Part shown: piece after piece, positions 53,904-55,801 of the stretch
Layout: each line of letters opens with the position of its first letter
Position numbering within the stretch: position 1 is the stretch's first letter
Assembly (NCBI GenBank): GCA_964446595.1
Contig: CAYUPY010000003.1
Coordinates: forward strand, 1-55,801
From: an uncultured Candidatus Saccharibacteria bacterium
GTDB lineage: Bacteria; Patescibacteriota; Dojkabacteria; J137; JAEUSD01
Length of the DNA: 55,801 bases
Direction: 5' to 3'
Notes under the pieces: generated by a model
The model's database searches: none
Told to the model about the DNA's origin: nothing
What the model saw: only the letters and a program-made list of their open reading frames with translations
Position numbers and translations under genes: made by a program

Positions 53904-54863
53904 GTGAGGAATAGAAAAACTCGTTCGGTTTTAGCGTTAATTGTGTGGTACAGTTTAATTATACTGTTCCTCTTCATCCCCATTTTTGGTATTAAAAAAC
54001 CTCCTTTTCGTAAAGATTTTGCTACTAATGTAGAAACCACTAACCCTGAGGTTTTCTTTATTGGAAATAGTATGCTTGGAAGTAGAATTGACCTTGAGGT
54101 TTTTGAGAAATACAGCAATAAAAAAGCTGTAAAAGTAGACAGCCCTGGTAGCAATAGTGCCACCTGGTACAATATTTATAATAACCTAGCGAAGGATAGC
54201 GGGTCAAAACACATCATCATCTTTTTCCGTCGAGATATTTTTGAGAAGCCCGCAGAAGGTCTAGATGCAGAAAGATACGTAAGGCTGCAAACGTTTGAGA
54301 AAAGCCGCGAGCCATACGCGGATCAAATGCTGGCTAACCATTCAACGGTATTTCAAAAAATGGATCAGTGGTTTCTCTCCACAGTGGACTATCACCATAA
54401 GCGAGATGTAATAGAAAACAGCTTACAAAAATTCTCTGCCGGCATTGTCAGCTCTCTGCCATATAAGGAGTTTGAAGGGTTATTGTATGAACGCTTTGGG
54501 GAACAAAACCTTCGTTACAGAAAAGCCCCGCCTGTATTTTTGGCTGCCCCTAACCCAATAGTTAATCAAAGTGATGATCAAAGTTTTTTGCCTCGCATAA
54601 TATCTCTTACTCAGAAATATGAACAGAAACTCACATTAGTAAATGTTGAGCTTGATGATACATATAATCAAGGACATAAATTCAATGCTTACCTCTCAAC
54701 ATTGCAAAATTATGTGTCCCAGTTTGAACATGTGAACCTGATCAACATGGAAGAACAACAATGGATTAAGAAAGATTGGCTTCAGGATGGGGCCCACCTA
54801 GCTTACAGATATAAATGGGTATATACTAAGAATTTTGTAGAGACCTTAGCTAATTCAACCTAA
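53904..54863 (+). CDS. membrane-anchored hypothetical protein, possible SGNH/DltD/AlgJ-like partner of the MBOAT
   Basis: GTG start, TM helix (VLALIVWYSLIILFLFIPIF), FFIGNSMLGSRID near the N-terminus and DGAHL near the C-terminus (D..H block). TAATG-coupled to the MBOAT gene. The family call is weak. Confidence 0.4.
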   Translation: MRNRKTRSVLALIVWYSLIILFLFIPIFGIKKPPFRKDFATNVETTNPEVFFIGNSMLGSRIDLEVFEKYSNKKAVKVDSPGSNSATWYNIYNNLAKDSGSKHIIIFFRRDIFEKPAEGLDAERYVRLQTFEKSREPYADQMLANHSTVFQKMDQWFLSTVDYHHKRDVIENSLQKFSAGIVSSLPYKEFEGLLYERFGEQNLRYRKAPPVFLAAPNPIVNQSDDQSFLPRIISLTQKYEQKLTLVNVELDDTYNQGHKFNAYLSTLQNYVSQFEHVNLINMEEQQWIKKDWLQDGAHLAYRYKWVYTKNFVETLANST

Positions 54864-55771
54864 TGCTTTTTCAAACATACGAGTTTATTGCCTTTTTGTT
54901 AGGCACATTGATTATCTACTGGCTACTCGCTAAAAGGATTAATCTTCAAAATAGTTTTCTTTTACTTGCTAGTTACTTTTTTTATGGATTCGCTCATCCC
55001 TTGCTTATTTTGTTACTTCTTACTTCTACTCTAGTTGATTTTTTTGCAGCGCTATTAATCGAAAGAGCTAATCGACGAAAAGGACTCATTTTATTTGTGT
55101 CCGTAACTGCAAATCTTGGCTTACTAGCATTATTTAAATACTATAACTTCTTTGTGGAAAATGTGAATACTTTATTAGCTCATCTTGGGCTAGACAATCT
55201 ACCCCTCCTAGCAATCCTACTCCCAGCTGGAATCTCGTTCTATACATTTCAAACAATCTCTTATACTGTAGACGTTTATCGCCAAAAAATAGCTGCGGAA
55301 AGAAACTTCCTGGATTTTGCTCTATTTATCTCATTCTTTCCGCAACTAGTAGCAGGCCCTATAGAAAGAGCAGAAACCATGCTACCCCAATTTAAGTCAA
55401 CGCGTAAATTGAACTTTTCCCAGTTTGAAAGCGGAATAAGGTTAATTATCTGGGGCTATTTTAAGAAACTAGTTATTGCAGATAATGTCTCTATTCTGGC
55501 ATTTCAAGTCTTTAAGACAGCAGATATGCCATTCCCTTTGATTTGGGTAGCAGCTTTAGCCTTTACAGTACAGATTTTTGCCGATTTCTCGGCTTATATT
55601 GATATTGCATGTGGGGTGGCAAGGCTTTTTGGGATAGAGTTATCTACTAATTTTAATTTTCCTTATATCGCCAAAAGCCCTGCGGACTTTTGGCGGCGCT
55701 GGCATATTACTCTATCTAATTGGATTCGCGACTATATCTATATCCCTTTAGGGTCTCGACTAGATAACTAG
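54863..55771 (+). CDS. MBOAT-family (AlgI/DltB-like) O-acyltransferase, apparently truncated at the C-terminus
   Basis: Motifs GISFYTFQTISYTVDVYR, FFPQLVAGPIERA, FWRRWHITLSNWIRDYIYIPLGSR. A stop follows at once, so the downstream conserved His region (about 150 aa in full-length homologs) is missing. Confidence 0.7.
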   Translation: MLFQTYEFIAFLLGTLIIYWLLAKRINLQNSFLLLASYFFYGFAHPLLILLLLTSTLVDFFAALLIERANRRKGLILFVSVTANLGLLALFKYYNFFVENVNTLLAHLGLDNLPLLAILLPAGISFYTFQTISYTVDVYRQKIAAERNFLDFALFISFFPQLVAGPIERAETMLPQFKSTRKLNFSQFESGIRLIIWGYFKKLVIADNVSILAFQVFKTADMPFPLIWVAALAFTVQIFADFSAYIDIACGVARLFGIELSTNFNFPYIAKSPADFWRRWHITLSNWIRDYIYIPLGSRLDN

Positions 55772-55801
55772 ACGTCAAAAGTTTAGAATCTAGTAATGAT
55801 A

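Noticed and set aside
1-55801. Alternative genetic code (UGA recoding, as in some candidate phyla).
   Set aside because: Multi-kb ORFs are intact under the standard code. TGA functions as a stop (for example the GT2 gene stop at 30628..30630), with family-appropriate protein lengths.

Overview
Gene-dense (about 95% coding), AT-rich bacterial chromosomal segment, with most genes on the minus strand. The standard genetic code applies: long intact ORFs, and TGA is used as a stop. I found no rRNA, tRNA, CRISPR array, transposase or integrase. All calls rest on by-eye motif recognition in the supplied translations; no HMM or database search was possible. Housekeeping content: gatC-gatA; a beta-CASP RNase; split transketolase, rpiB and a divergent rpe (non-oxidative pentose-phosphate genes); an archaeal-type TyrRS and a TrpRS, each with an appended domain; prephenate dehydrogenase; a CYTH protein; a csoR-like/trxA/trxB operon; radC; LemA-DUF2207; secG; apbE. 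The gene repertoire (split tkt, archaeal-type TyrRS, few biosynthetic genes, many huge anchored surface proteins) looks like a small-genome uncultured lineage, possibly Patescibacteria/CPR-like. This is inference only. The accessory content is the interesting part. (1) At 7.6-18.7 kb there is a block of giant modular surface proteins. Three consecutive CAZyme-like genes (PL14-like lyase fold, CBM6 + BNR/Asp-box propeller, CBM4_9 + GH10 xylanase + CBM6) all carry the same unusual Cys-bracketed dockerin-like module. (2) Two cohesin-like domains lie elsewhere in the window, one on a protein ending in an IPNTG sortase-type sorting signal and one fused to CBM6. Together these suggest a minimal cellulosome-like cohesin-dockerin display system. 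(3) A second shared targeting tail, three YRFYN..G.HFYT (DUF5648-type) repeats, is present on three unrelated secreted proteins. These are interleaved with glycosyltransferase, acyltransferase and MBOAT genes. Regulatory candidates: a near-consensus promoter plus a CsoR-type operator in front of csoR-trxA-trxB; a structured terminator/antiterminator leader in front of trpS; and a perfect 24-bp palindrome in front of the S8 protease gene.
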